From Basidiobolus meristosporus CBS 931.73 (taxonomy: Eukaryota; Fungi; Basidiobolomycota), in NCBI GenBank assembly GCA_002104905.1, contig MCFE01000327.1, positions 1 through 64,000 on the forward strand: a stretch of DNA of 64,000 nt. The letters run 5' to 3'. The notes beneath the pieces were generated by a model. The model saw only the letters and a program-made list of their open reading frames with translations. It ran no database searches and was not told the DNA's origin. The position numbers were made by a program, and so were the translations under genes. Positions 1-12,588 of the stretch are shown here, piece by piece (the first letter of the stretch is position 1; each line of letters begins with the position of its first letter).

Positions 1-742
1 TTTCAACAATATCCCTATACTGATGACCAAGTTGTACATGGAGCATTTCAAGCTAATGAGCCCTTGGAGATACCAGAGAAATCTGAAAGAATTGGCAAAA
101 TATTACAGAGTATCTGCTACCCTAGGTACTTCTAATGGGCTCCAATCAACACACATATGCATACGCAACAATAAAAGTGCAAGGATTGGATGAACTGGAT
201 ATCTATTTGTTCAAGTGGCCTTCTGAAGCCATTGTACCAAGAGTACATTGGAAGCTTTGGGGGTCATATGTGGACATTGTGCAAATATTTATCCAGAAGC
301 AGATCACCAATGCTAACTCAATACATCTATAGCATTTGTGCAAAGAGTTTGTGAAAGGAATTGAGCATCAATACTGCAAACATAAAGCTGACCATGTAGA
401 CCTCAGCCTCTGCTGTACCCATTTGCTGCTCCATCTTGCATAGCTTGGTGAGAATGCTGGACCTTGCTTCACCTTTGGGTGTTTCCAATGCAGAAGATGT
501 GTGGGGAGATGGGAAGACAAGTCAAATTGCAGGTGCTACCATATCCCAACCTCATCAAGAATATTACCTTCAAGTGTGTCATAGATGTGATGAGTTGGCA
601 CATGGAGGACAGCCAGGAAGAGTTGTAAAATACTGAGGGCAGATGTGCACATGGAGACACCTATGCCTATGGTGTTAAGAAGCTAAGCAGCTCCAATGTG
701 TGTGCAAACAGTAAAGTAATGCAAAGTTAGGTTGGGTCCAAC
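1..742 (+). pseudogene. 3' part of CACTA/EnSpm (tnp2-family) transposase, family B copy B0
   Basis: Colinear with 20810-21610 and 43950-44440/45514-45750; fragments such as VQGLDELDIYLFKW; many stops and frameshifts. Confidence 0.8.
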
Positions 743-1582
743 AAGCAACTAACTAGACTTGTTCTGTTGGATAGTGCCACATTGAGCCATGGGTGCCAAA
801 TGATGCAATAGTGTGCCAGAGAGGCCTAGTGAGCCTATACTTGGCCACAGAGTGTGAAACATAGCTCTGCATCTTCATGCCAAGCAGCCCATGTGTTTCA
901 TGTGTGAAGCAGGAGAAAATTCATTTTTTGATGTTTTTTTTGTGGATCAATGTTGTGCAGGATGTGTAAGAGCACAGAAGAACTAAAGACATGCATCAGA
1001 TACTCTATACCCATGGCACTCTGAATAAAGCTCCTGTGTCTTGTCACATGTTAGAAAAAGGCATGGCACTATCTTGTCCCACTGGTACTATCTGGCACCA
1101 TAAGTGCTCTGTATAGATTTTACTTTAGGGCTAAAAATTAAATATAGTGCTGATAGTTCTAGTGGACCAAGATAATGCCATGCATTTTTGTGACATGCTA
1201 CAAGCTGCAGGAGCTAGATCCAGAGTGCTATGGGTATTATGTACCAGATGCATTTCTTCAATCCTTTTGTGCTCTTACAAATGCTGTACAACATTGACCT
1301 AAAAAAAAGGTCAAAAAATGGACTTTCTCCAACACAATGGGCAAAATACAGGGGGTGGCTTTGCATGAAGATGCAGAGCAATGTTTCACACTCTGTGGCT
1401 AAGTATAGGCTCACTTGGTCTCCATGGCACACTATGGTATCACTTGGCACTCTTGGCTCAATGTGGCACTATCCAACAGAACAAGCCTAATTAGTTGCTT
1501 GTTGGACCTAACCTAACTTTGCATTACTTTGCTGTTTGCACACACATTGGGGCTGCTTAGCTTCTTAACACCATAGGCATAG
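661..1582. repeat. Long inverted repeat (arms 661-1092 and 1152-1582, ~59-bp spacer): foldback element plus an inverted copy of flanking transposase sequence
   Basis: ctatgcctatggtgttaagaag at 661 is the reverse complement of the sequence ending at 1582; arms align inward to actggtactatc / gatagttctagt. Confidence 0.85.
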
Positions 1583-2490
1583 ATATTAGGAAAGCTCTAC
1601 CAGTGTACACTGGATTTCTCTTAGTCACCAGTCAGTTTCTACTCTGTTTAATACAGAATTCACACAAACAAGAGCCTGAAGGCACCTATAAGGATGACTA
1701 GAGTCCAGTAGGGAGAACAGATATAGTGGCTAAATACTAAAAAGTTCTTTGCAGTATTCTGTAAGTATTCATGGCAGCAGTGGCAGCAATCCAGCATATG
1801 TTTGCAAGATGTATAAACTACCAGCAATACAAGGTATATGGCAGCTTTGCAAGTATCACCCTAAAAAGTTGTGAAGTAGAGGTGATAGAAGTATGTCAGT
1901 TGCAGCAGGTGTGCTCATTTTTAGTGGTTGGTAAGGAGGTGGCCATAGTATTCTTTGGTTTAAACTATAGGTGGAATGCCCAAGGTAGTAGTGGGTAACC
2001 AAATAAAGAGGGGTAATTCTACAGTGAAATTTATGAACTGTGCAAGGGGAGGTAGAAAAAGGAAATACCATTTGGTAAATTGGTACAGTAGCATTATACA
2101 GAGCTAGCTGTTGGCCACCATACTGCAATGCTAATAGCATCAGATGCCTGCAATGAGGCCATCAAAACACTTTGACGTTTTTTGCCATATAAGGCAATGG
2201 GATGTACTTGCCAGTTAAATCCACTCAAATATATGTAGTGCACACTAAGGCCACAACAATGCCCTGCCACCCTTGGTAAAACACTGTAAAAATACCATTA
2301 TGTTTTTTAACTTTATTAGGCTGTAATAGTAGCCAAATGCTGTTGTGATCCCATCCTAAAGTTGTGTAGATGGTCATTAATGCTAAGCTGCTGGTAGCAT
2401 AGCAGTTGCCTGTTGGGATCTTGACAGTGGATCTGGATTGTATCCCCTCACAGGACCAAGTTATTCTTCATAGGGATTGGTTTGCTAGGA
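1583..2490. mobile_element. Family B right-arm segment (downstream of transposase)
   Basis: Similar to 21630-22520 and 45780-46620. Confidence 0.75.
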
Positions 2491-2675
2491 GAGTATCTCA
2501 AGTTTACCAAAACCTATCAAAGGCAGTAGAGCAAAGGTGCCATGGCTAAAAACAAGCAGCTTCCTCAAGAGCTTGTTACAAGCAGGGCTGAAAGTATCAG
2601 ACAAGTGGCATGGAAATGACAGGTTTCCAGGAATGTGGCAGCAGGGGACAAGCATGCAAAGACAGATACATCCAT
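2490..2675 (+). pseudogene. Fragment of family B ORF2
   Basis: ggtgccatggctaaaaacaagcagcttcctc matches the reverse complement of 18060-18120. Confidence 0.7.
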
Positions 2676-3549
2676 GCCATAAGCTTGTCAACGGAAAACT
2701 ATTGAGGTACAATTGCTAATGTTGTTAGCATCTTAAAAAAAGTATGTGCTAGGCTCCATATTCTTTGAGATGACAATGCACTAAAGCTTCTGGGGTCAAA
2801 ACAACTGTAAAATCCACCAGTAGAGACTTGATAAGAATTCAGAGTGGTTAATAGCTACAAAGATCAAAGAGTATCTCTGCCTGAACAAGAACAATTTTGG
2901 CAAAGAATCAAACATAATAAGTGATACATACATAAATTCCTCACAATTAGTGCCTCTAAGGTCAGTTGGCTGTCAGTGCAGTTTCCTGTGAGTGTCCTAT
3001 GGTCTGGGATTAGAACTTCAGGTAACAGCAGGCAAAAATTATCACACTAATTAACAAGCTGGTATACAGATAAAAAGGATTACAGCTTATTGTTGAGTGA
3101 TTCCCTCCCTTACTAACCATGTTGTTCTCAAAGGTTCCAAAGATCAATGGAAATCTTGATGACATCAGATTGAGTTAAGAGTGTTCTAAGTAGATGCTGG
3201 AAGGTTCTAAGAGACACAGTGCATCCAACCAATCTGGGATCAATATTTGGAAACCTCTGTGACATAGGGACACCATATATGGAATGGTGACATGGTGTGA
3301 TCATGTGCCACAGGTCATGGTGCAGGTATCTGCTTAATATAGAGGCACTTATATCTAGTAATCTTACATAAAGTGAAGGCTAGCTTGTGCAATAAATAAA
3401 CAGGTTTCATAGTTAGCAAGCTTATTGTAGAGTGCTGATAAGATAACACCAATGGGATAAAGCTAAACTATGAGTAGTAGCAAAATAGGGAAGTAAAAAA
3501 TATGGCAATGGGCACATCTGTCAGTAGATGTCTCTGTGACTCCACTATA
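2676..3549 (-). mobile_element. Truncated LTR of Gypsy family C
   Basis: Similar to 49720-50623 and to the reverse complement of 44443-45360. Confidence 0.7.
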
Positions 3550-3703
3550 CCAACTACCTCTCAGCCTTGAGGTTTGGTTAAGACAAAATAATCCAGATGT
3601 ACAAAATTTCTTTGCTAGAATAACTATAGTTGGTTACCTGCAACTGGTACTCTTAGTTGGATGTTATTAACTTCAGATCTGAAGTAACTTTAGCAGAGGA
3701 GAA

Positions 3704-4071
3704 TGTCACAATCTGCCGCTTAAATGTTTAAGTTAGATAAGTTTTTAGTCAAATCAAAGGTTTTATTTTTAGCCTATTAGCATATTAGTGCAACCAATCA
3801 AATCAGCAGTATTAATCAGCAGATGTATCAGCAGATCCTTATCAGACAGATATAGAGGTATTAGATAGGATCTAATAGGGTGATGATGATGCAGTTAAAT
3901 GAGCCAACAGTCACAATCTCCATTAGAAAATACAATTAGTCAGCAACTAGTCAGGTAAAAATGTACATAAAGTGCTGTTGCAACCCTAACAAAAATCCAA
4001 CTCAAGTTTTTGTGAATACAATACTTGCCAAGCTCCCTATTCTGCTACAACTTTATATCAAGACTTGTAAC
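3704..4071 (+). repeat. Family A Gypsy LTR (copy A0) with PPT upstream and degenerate PBS downstream
   Basis: tgtcacaatctgcc...agacttgtaac; PPT aactttagcagaggagaa at 3686-3703; ttaggtagcag at 4072. Confidence 0.8.
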
Positions 4072-4084
4072 TTAGGTAGCAGCA

Positions 4085-4353
4085 ATGACCAGAAACTACC
4101 CCCCTAAAGAAAAAGAAGCCTCTGTCAAGAAGTCAGAAAATCAAGATTGAAAGAATGCTATGCAGCAAATCCTGGCCCCACATCAACAACTACTCCAGAT
4201 CCTCAGCCAGCAGCAACATGGGATGACCACTATGGCACCAAACCAGCAAAGCCCTGCTGTGAGCAACTTTAGTGTGAGTTCAACCTGCACTATGGCAGAG
4301 TCAATGAAAACCTGGGAGCTTGGGTCTTATAGATTAAAGAAGCTTTCAAGGCT
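4085..4353 (+). pseudogene. gag: Copy A0 gag, 5' part (interrupted by A1; resumes at 16065)
   Basis: MQQILAPHQQLLQILSQQQ matches the other family A gags; joins 16065 across TSD GGCT. Confidence 0.8.
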
Positions 4354-4722
4354 TGTTACAAGTCTTGGTATAAGAGTTGTAGAGGAATAGGGAGTTTAGC
4401 AAGTATTGTATTCATTAAAACTTGAACTGATCTTTATTGAGATTCCAGCAGCTCCTTATATAAATCTTGCCAGATCAATTGCTGACTAATTGTATTTCCT
4501 AATGTAGGCTGTGGCTGATGACTCATTTGATTGCATTATCATCACCCAATAAGATCGTACCTAATATATATATTTCTGTCTGATAAGGATCTGCTGATTC
4601 ATTTCCTAACTAATGCTACTGATTTGATAGATAATACTGATATACTGATAACCTAAATATATAACTTATTGATTGGACTAAAAACTGATCCCACTTAAAC
4701 ATTTAAGCAGCAGATCATAACA
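4354..4722 (-). repeat. A1 3' LTR
   Basis: tgttacaagtcttgg...gatcataaca, followed on the + strand by the PPT complement ttctcccctgctaaagtt. Confidence 0.9.
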
Positions 4723-4744
4723 TTCTCCCCTGCTAAAGTTGAGA

Positions 4745-7418
4745 TGGTTCTCCTGAACCTCTTTTTTTGTGATACCAATATCTTGATGGTTCAGTATTAT
4801 CAGCAAGTCTTGCAAGCTTGAGTCTGTCCCTATGCACTAAGTCTTCCGAGATATTGCCTTGTTTGTCCACTAGTTGGTAAGTTGCAGATGGACATTCTCT
4901 GATGATCTTGAATGATCCTGTTCATTGTGGCTCAAACTTCTTCCAAGTGTTGTTTCTTAGCAATACAAAGTTCCCAACTGTCAATGCTTCTGGTGCTATA
5001 GTCTTATCAAATCTCTGCTTCATCTTTTCTGCACCTTGAGATACTTTGGTCTGTGCCACTTGATGTCTTTGTTCCAGTTGCCAGTGTCAACTTGGCTGAC
5101 TGAGCTCATCTACTAAGCTGTCTGTAAGCTTTGGTTGTGTGAGATCTCCTGGAGTCCTTGGTTCACATCCATATGCTGAGTAAAATAGCAATTGCTGGGT
5201 GGTGTTGTATACACTGACTCTGCATGCAAAGAGTGCTTGGTCTATATACTCATCCCATCTACTGACAACTCCATTTGCATACTTGGTCAGCATTTTTCCA
5301 AATAATCCATTAAACTGTTCAGTGACTCCATTAGTTCTGGGGTTATATGCCAAGGTTTTCAAGTGTTTGATCTGCTACATTTCAGATAAGCTTCCAATGT
5401 CTTTTCCATAAAGTTTGCACCTGTATTGGATAGAATCTCTACATGGCATCCAAACTTCATAAAGATTTCATGGTAGATGAAACTTGCAACTTCTTGTTCA
5501 CTGGCTATAGGTACAGCATTAGCCACTGGCCATTTTGTGGCATGGTCAATTGCCACTAGGATCCGATGGTTGCATTTCCTTGTAGTTGGCAGTCTTCCAA
5601 TAAAGTCAATTCCCCATCTTTCAAATCATCTTACAGGCTCCAGGGAAAGAGTTCAGCACTTCTCTGTAGTTGGCCTTGGTTGATTTGGAAATTTGGGCAT
5701 GTTTTCACTAGCTTCTCAATGTCTGGTTTCATTCTGGGCCACCATGCTCTGGCTTTCACAAGGCTATAGGTTCCTTCAATTCCAAGATGTCCATATCCAT
5801 TGTGTAGCTTATGTATTAAATCCAGGCAAGAAACATAAGGGCAATAGGCAATAGGGCTTCCATCAACAATCTGGTAGAGTGTTTCATCCTGTAATGCAAA
5901 TCTGCTGGCTTCATCACAGATTATCTTCTTGATATCTTTATCCACCTCATCATGAATGGCTTGGTCCTCCAAGTACTTTGGTAATAGGCTAGTCCAATCT
6001 GATTCATAAACCAAGTTAAGTTGTGCAACTTGATCTAATCTTGATAAGGTGTCAGCAACCATGTTGTTTTTTCCAGGGCAGTGGACAATATCCAAGTCAA
6101 ATTGCTGAATGTAATCACTCCATCTTGTCATTCTTCTAAAGAGTACCTTCTAAGTAAGTATATACTTGAGGGAGGCATCATCAGTCTTTACAGTGCATTT
6201 GACTCCTTCAATATTGCATCTACTTGCCTTCAAACAGTGTATTAAAGCAAGCATCTCCATCTCATGGAGTGGATGATTTTGTTCTGCTGAGTTCAGCTTC
6301 TTGGATTCAAAGGCAACTGGGTAGTCCTTTCCCTTGTGTTCTTGGCTCAACACTCCACCAATTGCACAATCAGAGGCATCTGTGCACAGAGTAAACTCTT
6401 TTCTGAAGTGAGGTATTCTTAAGCTTGGCAGCTTAGCAAGTTCATTCTTGAGTGTCTGGAAGACAGTTTCACAAGCTATCTCCCACTTGTAGGTATTATC
6501 TTTCTTGAGCATATCAGTTAAAGGGGCTGCAATACTTGCAAAGAACTTGACAAGTCTCCAATAATAGGAAACCATTCCAAGGAATGATCTGAGCTCTGAT
6601 ATGCTACGGGGCTGCTTCAGATTCTTGATAACTTCAACCTTTGTAGGGTCTAAGGTAACTCCTGTGCTAGTCACTATGTGTCCCAGATATTCAACGTGTT
6701 CCTTGAAGAATTCACAATTGGGTAGCTTGCTATAAAGCTTGCTCTCTCTTAGCTTCTTCAAGACCTTTTCAACGTGCACCAAGTGATCCTCTTCTGTCTT
6801 GCTGTATATCAATATATCATCTAGGTAGATTATGACAAACTTGTCTAAGTACTCCTGGAAGACAGTCTGCATCAGGGTCATGAATGTTGCAGGGGCATTG
6901 GTGAGGCCAAAACTCATTACCAAGTACTCATAATGTCCATATCTGGTCCTGAATGCTGTCTTAGGGATGTCTTCTGGCTTCACTCTAATCTGATTGTTTC
7001 CTGGCATGAGGTCAATCTTGCTGAAAATAGTGGCTCCATTGAGTTGGTACAAGAGCTTACCAATCTGAGGTATGGGGTTCTTATTCTTCATGGTAACTGA
7101 GTTGAGAGCTCTGTAGTCAATGCACATCCTAAGTGTTCCATCCTTCTTCTTCACAAAACTTACTGGTGCTGGCCAAGGTGACTTGCTGGGTCCAATATAT
7201 CCTTGATCCAGCAACTGATCCATTTGTCTCTTCATCTCTTCCAACTCCAATGGACTCATTCTGTAAGGTGTCTTACTCACTGGAGGGCTATATCCTGTTT
7301 CAATGGCATGATCCACATCTCAGACTGGTGGTAGGCTTACATGCTCTACTGGGAATATGTCTGAATACTCCTTCAAAAGAGTCTGGATCTTCTGGGGTAC
7401 TGGAGTGGAGGAGTCCTC
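4745..7418 (-). pseudogene. pol: A1 pol: RT (YLDD), RNase H, integrase; no chromodomain
   Basis: ORF 6150-7316 has [37 protein letters not shown]; integrase fragments AIDHATKW and HPRTNG-like. Confidence 0.93.
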
Positions 7419-7805
7419 TGTGAGTACTCAATGTAGTACCCACTCTTCGCCCAAGAGTTCTCCCAAGAGTTCCCTCCAGAGTCCTACCCGAAGTCCTCCA
7501 GTACCCTCCCTATGATTCCCCCACGCGTCCTCCCCTCCTATCCCTGCCCTTATCTAGTTAGAACACTTACCATAACAGGAAGGTGTTCACACCCCTATTT
7601 TATAACACATTGTCTATTGTCTAAGCCCCCCCAAGTGATATATATATCTACCCAATTGAACCAGGAAGAACAACGAGATTTGGACGAAATAAACAGAAGT
7701 CTTTATTACCTTGCTACCTTCTATCGGAAGCTATTCTGAACCAAGTGGTACTGACTTGACCTACAAGCTCTCCCACTCACCAAGTACAGTCAGTAATAAC
7801 CCACA
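7419..7805 (+). repeat. 5' LTR of the young element
   Basis: Direct repeat of 13803-14189; TATA-like gatatatatatc near 7637; AATAAA at 7688. Confidence 0.97.
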
Positions 7806-7809
7806 TATT

Positions 7810-7818
7810 TGGTGCCGT
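7810..7818 (+). promoter_or_regulatory. Primer binding site TGGTGCCGT (resembles tRNA-His-type PBS)
   Basis: LTR CA + TATT + TGG; the first 9 nt match the complement of the metazoan tRNA-His 3' end; the host tRNA is unknown. Confidence 0.55.
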
Positions 7819-7846
7819 CTCTGCGGAAATAAGCACAAGTGAGGTA

Positions 7847-8719
7847 ATGACTACTACAATCAAACTAAAAACATACAAGGGAAAGAGAGAGAAAGCCCTT
7901 GAGTGGTTTGATAAGTTTGAGAGAGTTGCGGTTGATACAGGATGGGACAATGATAAGAAAGTAAGAGAGTTTGCAAGACATATGGAAGGGTCAGCATGGC
8001 AATGGCATTATGGGTTGGAAGATGCAGTCAAAGACAACTGGGATGCACTAGAAGAAGCCTACAAGACACGCTTTCTATATGCCAAAGGATACCACTACAA
8101 AGCCCTTCTACTGTCCTCGCGGAAGAAAAGCAGTGAAAGCTATGAAGCCTACACTGAACTGTTTCTCCAACAAGTTTGATGTCTCCCAAAGGACAAAATT
8201 GCCAAACAACAGCTCATGAGGTATTACATCATGGGCTTAGACGACAAAATAAGACGTAGGGCGTCCAAAGAACAACAGGGATGTAAAATGTTGCAAGAGT
8301 TGGTCGAACAAGTACGAGGGGTCATCTTGCTATGGGGGCTACCCTATAGTGATACGAATGATCAAAGGACAGGGATCCCCCATAAGAAAGGAAAAATTGC
8401 CTCCCCAAAAGACCGTGAGTTAGAGGAATTACGGCAAAAGGTCCAAGAACTCTTGATCAACAATGTCCAAGAAGTCCCCAAAGAAGGCGATAAACTCTGG
8501 GAAGCTGTTGTAGATCTAAAGGCCCAGGTTCAAGTCCTGACCCAACAGATGGAACAACCGCGACGACAGTATCCGTGTTATGTGTGTGGAGAAGTAGGTC
8601 ACCAGGCCCATGAATGTGAAAAACGGTATGGAAGAGAAGCCGTACCGGACACAAAAGAGAAGAAGGCGTCAAAAGACAGAGTCCCTCGCCAGGAGGCCAA
8701 CGGGACTCAGTCAATCTAA
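7847..8719 (+). pseudogene. gag: Gag with CCHC zinc knuckle; one in-frame TGA at 8177
   Basis: ORFs 7847-8179 and 8216-8719 share a frame; ALEWFDKFE..., CYVCGEVGHQAHEC. Confidence 0.92.
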
Positions 8720-11700
8720 GCCCTCTGGTCAGGACAATCAAAGCGCGGAAGAAGAAGCGTCAACATGATGCTTCTAGAGAGGAGGCAAAGGAACCTGTAG
8801 TAGAGGTTCTGTCAAAAGGAAAGAGCGTGGAATTAGGTGAAGAAGTACGGAATGAACCTTGGGAAGAAGTGTTAAAGCAAACAAAGAACGCTAGCACGTC
8901 TTCCCATGGCCTATTCCCCATAATGAAGGTACTAGAGCAAACCAAGGCAACCCTCCCAATAACCAATTTACTGGGACTGGCCCTGGCTCTAGTCAAGGAA
9001 CTGATAGAGGGATTGAAGGAGATAACAACCCTCCACGTCAACCAGACAGTCCTGCAAAAACCAAATAAAGGTACATACGTAAAGGTACGTATAGAGAATA
9101 AGGAGATTCTTGCCCTTATCAACACAGGATCCTCTACGTTGATCATGTCAGAGTCATTAGCAAAACGTCTAAAACTAACTATAGTCCCCAACGACACCAT
9201 TTGAGTACGGCTAGCAAATGACCAACTGGATACAACGGTAGGTGTGGTGCCTAATTGCCCCATTCAGCTAGGCAACTTGATAATACGCCAAGATGTTGTG
9301 GTCCTACCCGTTGCAGCCAAAGACTTACTCATTGGCGAGAGTTGGTTTATCCAACATAAGATGGATATACTTTACAGTGCATCTGAACTCAGGTGGGATA
9401 CCGAGAGTATCCCACTGATTCATATCACCAATGAGAGCAAGGCGTAGCAACAGTGTGACAATTGAAGAGGTGAAACCGTCGCAGTCTCCAATCATCACAC
9501 AAAAGGTGATAAAAATACCACCCGCCAGTGAGACGGTGATCACATTAGAAACACCAATAGCTTATTCAACGAGCGGAAGAATGATAACCGCAGCAAAAGC
9601 ATCCGAGCAACTGGAAGGAATCTTGATCCCTAAAGTATGGATACCACCAAAATTTGAAACGCAAAGCCTGAAATGCTTAGTGGTTAACAACGGGCGACAC
9701 ACGGTGACATTGCCTAGAGGAGTGCCATTGTTAAACTTAGAGGAAGTTGACGGAAACAACCAAGGACCATCTCCAAACAAAGAACCAGAAGAAGAACTAC
9801 CCAAACTAGATGTGGACCCCGGTCTACCGCCTACGTTACGAGACAAATTCCTAGAAGGAATACGTCCGCTTGCCCAAGTATTCTCTAAGAACCAAGTAAT
9901 TGGTCATATACCTGGGGTATATCACCAAATCCACCTTGCCAACAAATACCCTATCAAGCAAAAAGCCTATAGGAATTCAAAAATTGACACAGACTATATC
10001 AAAGAGACGATTGAAACTTTATTAAAAGATGACATCATTACAGAGAGCCAGTCTCCGTGGGCCTCCCCCGTAGTGATAGTCCCGAAGAAAGACGGAAAGC
10101 GACGCTTTTGCATCAACTACCGGAAATTGAACGCCGTCACCCGGAAGGACGTGTATCCGCTACCGCAAATAGACAACCTCTTGGATAGATTAATCGGAGC
10201 TAAATATTTTAGCTCTCTTGACTTAATCTCCGGGTATTGGCAAGTAGAAGTAGCCCCGGAAGATCGACCCAAAACCGCTTTTATAACATCGTTTGGATTA
10301 TACAAATGGAACCGACTACCCTTTGGCTTGTGCAATGCCCCCGCTACGTTCCAAAGGATGATCGACAAGGTGCTAGGAAATCTACGATGGGAATGCGCCC
10401 TTGTGTATCTGGACGACATCACGATATATTCCCCCAATGTAGAAGAACATATACACGATGTGCAACGTATCCTGACATCCCTCCTTGAGAACCAACTCAA
10501 ACTACATCCCAAGAAGTGCCATTTCCTGTATACAAAATTGTTGTTCCTGGGCCACAAGATCTTGGCAGATGGAATATACCCATCTACGTCACTCCTGAAA
10601 GCCGTTCAAAATGCACCTGCACCAAAGGACATTAATGCAGTGTTGGGATTCCTAGGATTAGCCGGCTACTATCGCCGCTTTGTCAAAAACTTCGTGACAA
10701 TAGCAGCCCCCCTATACAAATTGACGCAAAAGGGCTAGTGTTTTGTATGGTCGGAGCCTCAAAAGAGAGCATTCAATCAGCTGAAACATTCCCTGACGTC
10801 ACCACCAGTATTACGATTTCCCAATTGGGATGCGAGATTTTTTATTAACTGTGATGGAAGCCTCACCGGTATAGGCGCCGTACTGGGACAATACCACCAA
10901 CCCGGCGAATTCCACCCGATTGGTTACGTGAGCCGTTTGCTAAACAAACACAAACGCCACTACCCCGTTACCAAGATAGAATGTCTGGCTGTTGTTTATT
11001 CAATTAAACAATTCCATACATACATACATGGTCGCCAATTCACGATAGTAACGGACCACAGCGCACTGGTCTGGCTGATGAAAACTAAAGACTTTACCGG
11101 CCGACTAGCACATTGGGCCCTACGACTACAGCAATACAACTTTGAAATAATTCACTGCGCTGGCAAGAAACACCAGGACGCAGACTTCCTCAGTCACTAT
11201 CCCGTTTGCCAAATACGTGTCAGTGATGAGTACGAGGATGTAATCTGCTTTAAAAAGAAAGGGAGGCATCCCAAACACGTTGTTACAAACAAACAGAAGA
11301 GAGAATTTCAAAGGAAATGGTGTCAGTACAAAGTACAAGAAAATCAACTATGGTTCCTCCAAGGACAGTCCAGAGCCAAGGTACCCCCACTAGCAGCCCG
11401 TGAAGAAATCATACGAGAAAGACATATGTCATTAGGATACGCTAACCCCCTAACGACATATAAGATGTTAAGAAAAACGTTTTATTGGCGAAAAATGATG
11501 ACCGACATTACAAATACGTTACAAAGATGCACCACTTGCAAAAGATTCAACCGGAGTCAGAAGATAGGGACAACCGCACCAATACCGGTTGACCTGCCCT
11601 TCCACCAAGTAGGGATCGACTTTGTTGGCCCCTTTATGAAAACAAAGAAAGGAGAACGATACATAATAATTGCTACCGATTATTTCTCAAAGTGGGTAGA

Positions 11701-12459
11701 AGCCCAAGCCGTCCGCAATAAAGATCAGAAGACAACCGCCCAATTCATTCTAGAACACCTCATCTGCCGACACGGATATCCTCAGATACTCCTGTCCGAC
11801 AATGGTGGTTCCTTCCTGAACAACACCGTGGCCAACCTGTGCGAAATGATGGGCGTGAAACAAGTCTTCACGGCCGCGTATCACCCCCAGACTAAAGGAT
11901 TAACCAAGAGGATGAACCAGACGTGTTGCGCATACTGGAGAAGCTTCACTGGGAACTTCCCCAATCATGGGCCAAGCTGCTCCCACTGACACTCCTAGCA
12001 ATGTGCACCACACCGAATAAAACGACGGGTTTCTCCCCATATGAAGTCCTATATGGACAAAGACCCAAGTGGCAGGAGGAAGCTGGATTGACGATGGAAG
12101 GTGTCCCCCTGACAACACATAACAACTATATAGAAAGGCTGATACACCGTATCGCCCACCTATACATAAAAGTATTTGAAAATGCTGACAAGCACCTTCC
12201 CCCTCCACCCAAAAATGAGAAACTAACAAGACGAAAGTGGAAACCAGGCAATAAGGTGTGGTACAACCAAACCGTTGCAGGCCTCAAGTTCCGCCCACAA
12301 TTTACACCCCAATGGATTGGCCCATGCACCGTTATCAGTTCGGACCATGGACCAAAGTACACCATCACCTTGAATAATAAGACAATCAGCAACGTAGCGC
12401 CAGCCCATCTGAAACCGTTTCATGATGATCCACTGATCATCACTGAGACCAAAGTGTGA
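8614..12459 (+). pseudogene. pol: Pol (PR, dUTPase-like spacer, RT, RNase H, integrase with GPY/F-like tail); starts in -1 frame relative to gag; stops at 9202 and 10736, frameshifts near 9430 and 11925
   Basis: LINTGSS (protease with D>N), RFCINYRKLN, VYLDDITIYS, CDGS..GIGAVL, GIDFVGP, LSDNG, QWIGP. Confidence 0.95.
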
Positions 12460-12588
12460 TTAAACAATTATCAGGACAAGGATAGAGGAAGACACGGGAT
12501 ACATTCAAAGTTTATTAGAGGAGATTTTAGTTGATATAGGTACAAATAATATGCGCGAGGGAGTTTGCCCAAAGGGGAGAACAAAAGA

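Noticed and set aside
7512-7739. 75-aa ORF, identical at 13896-14123
   Set aside because: Lies inside the LTR; the duplication simply reflects LTR identity and no protein motif is present
8600-8720. Canonical -1 slippery heptamer at the gag/pol overlap
   Set aside because: gaaaaac is not in the X XXY YYZ register of the gag frame, so the frameshift mechanism is unresolved
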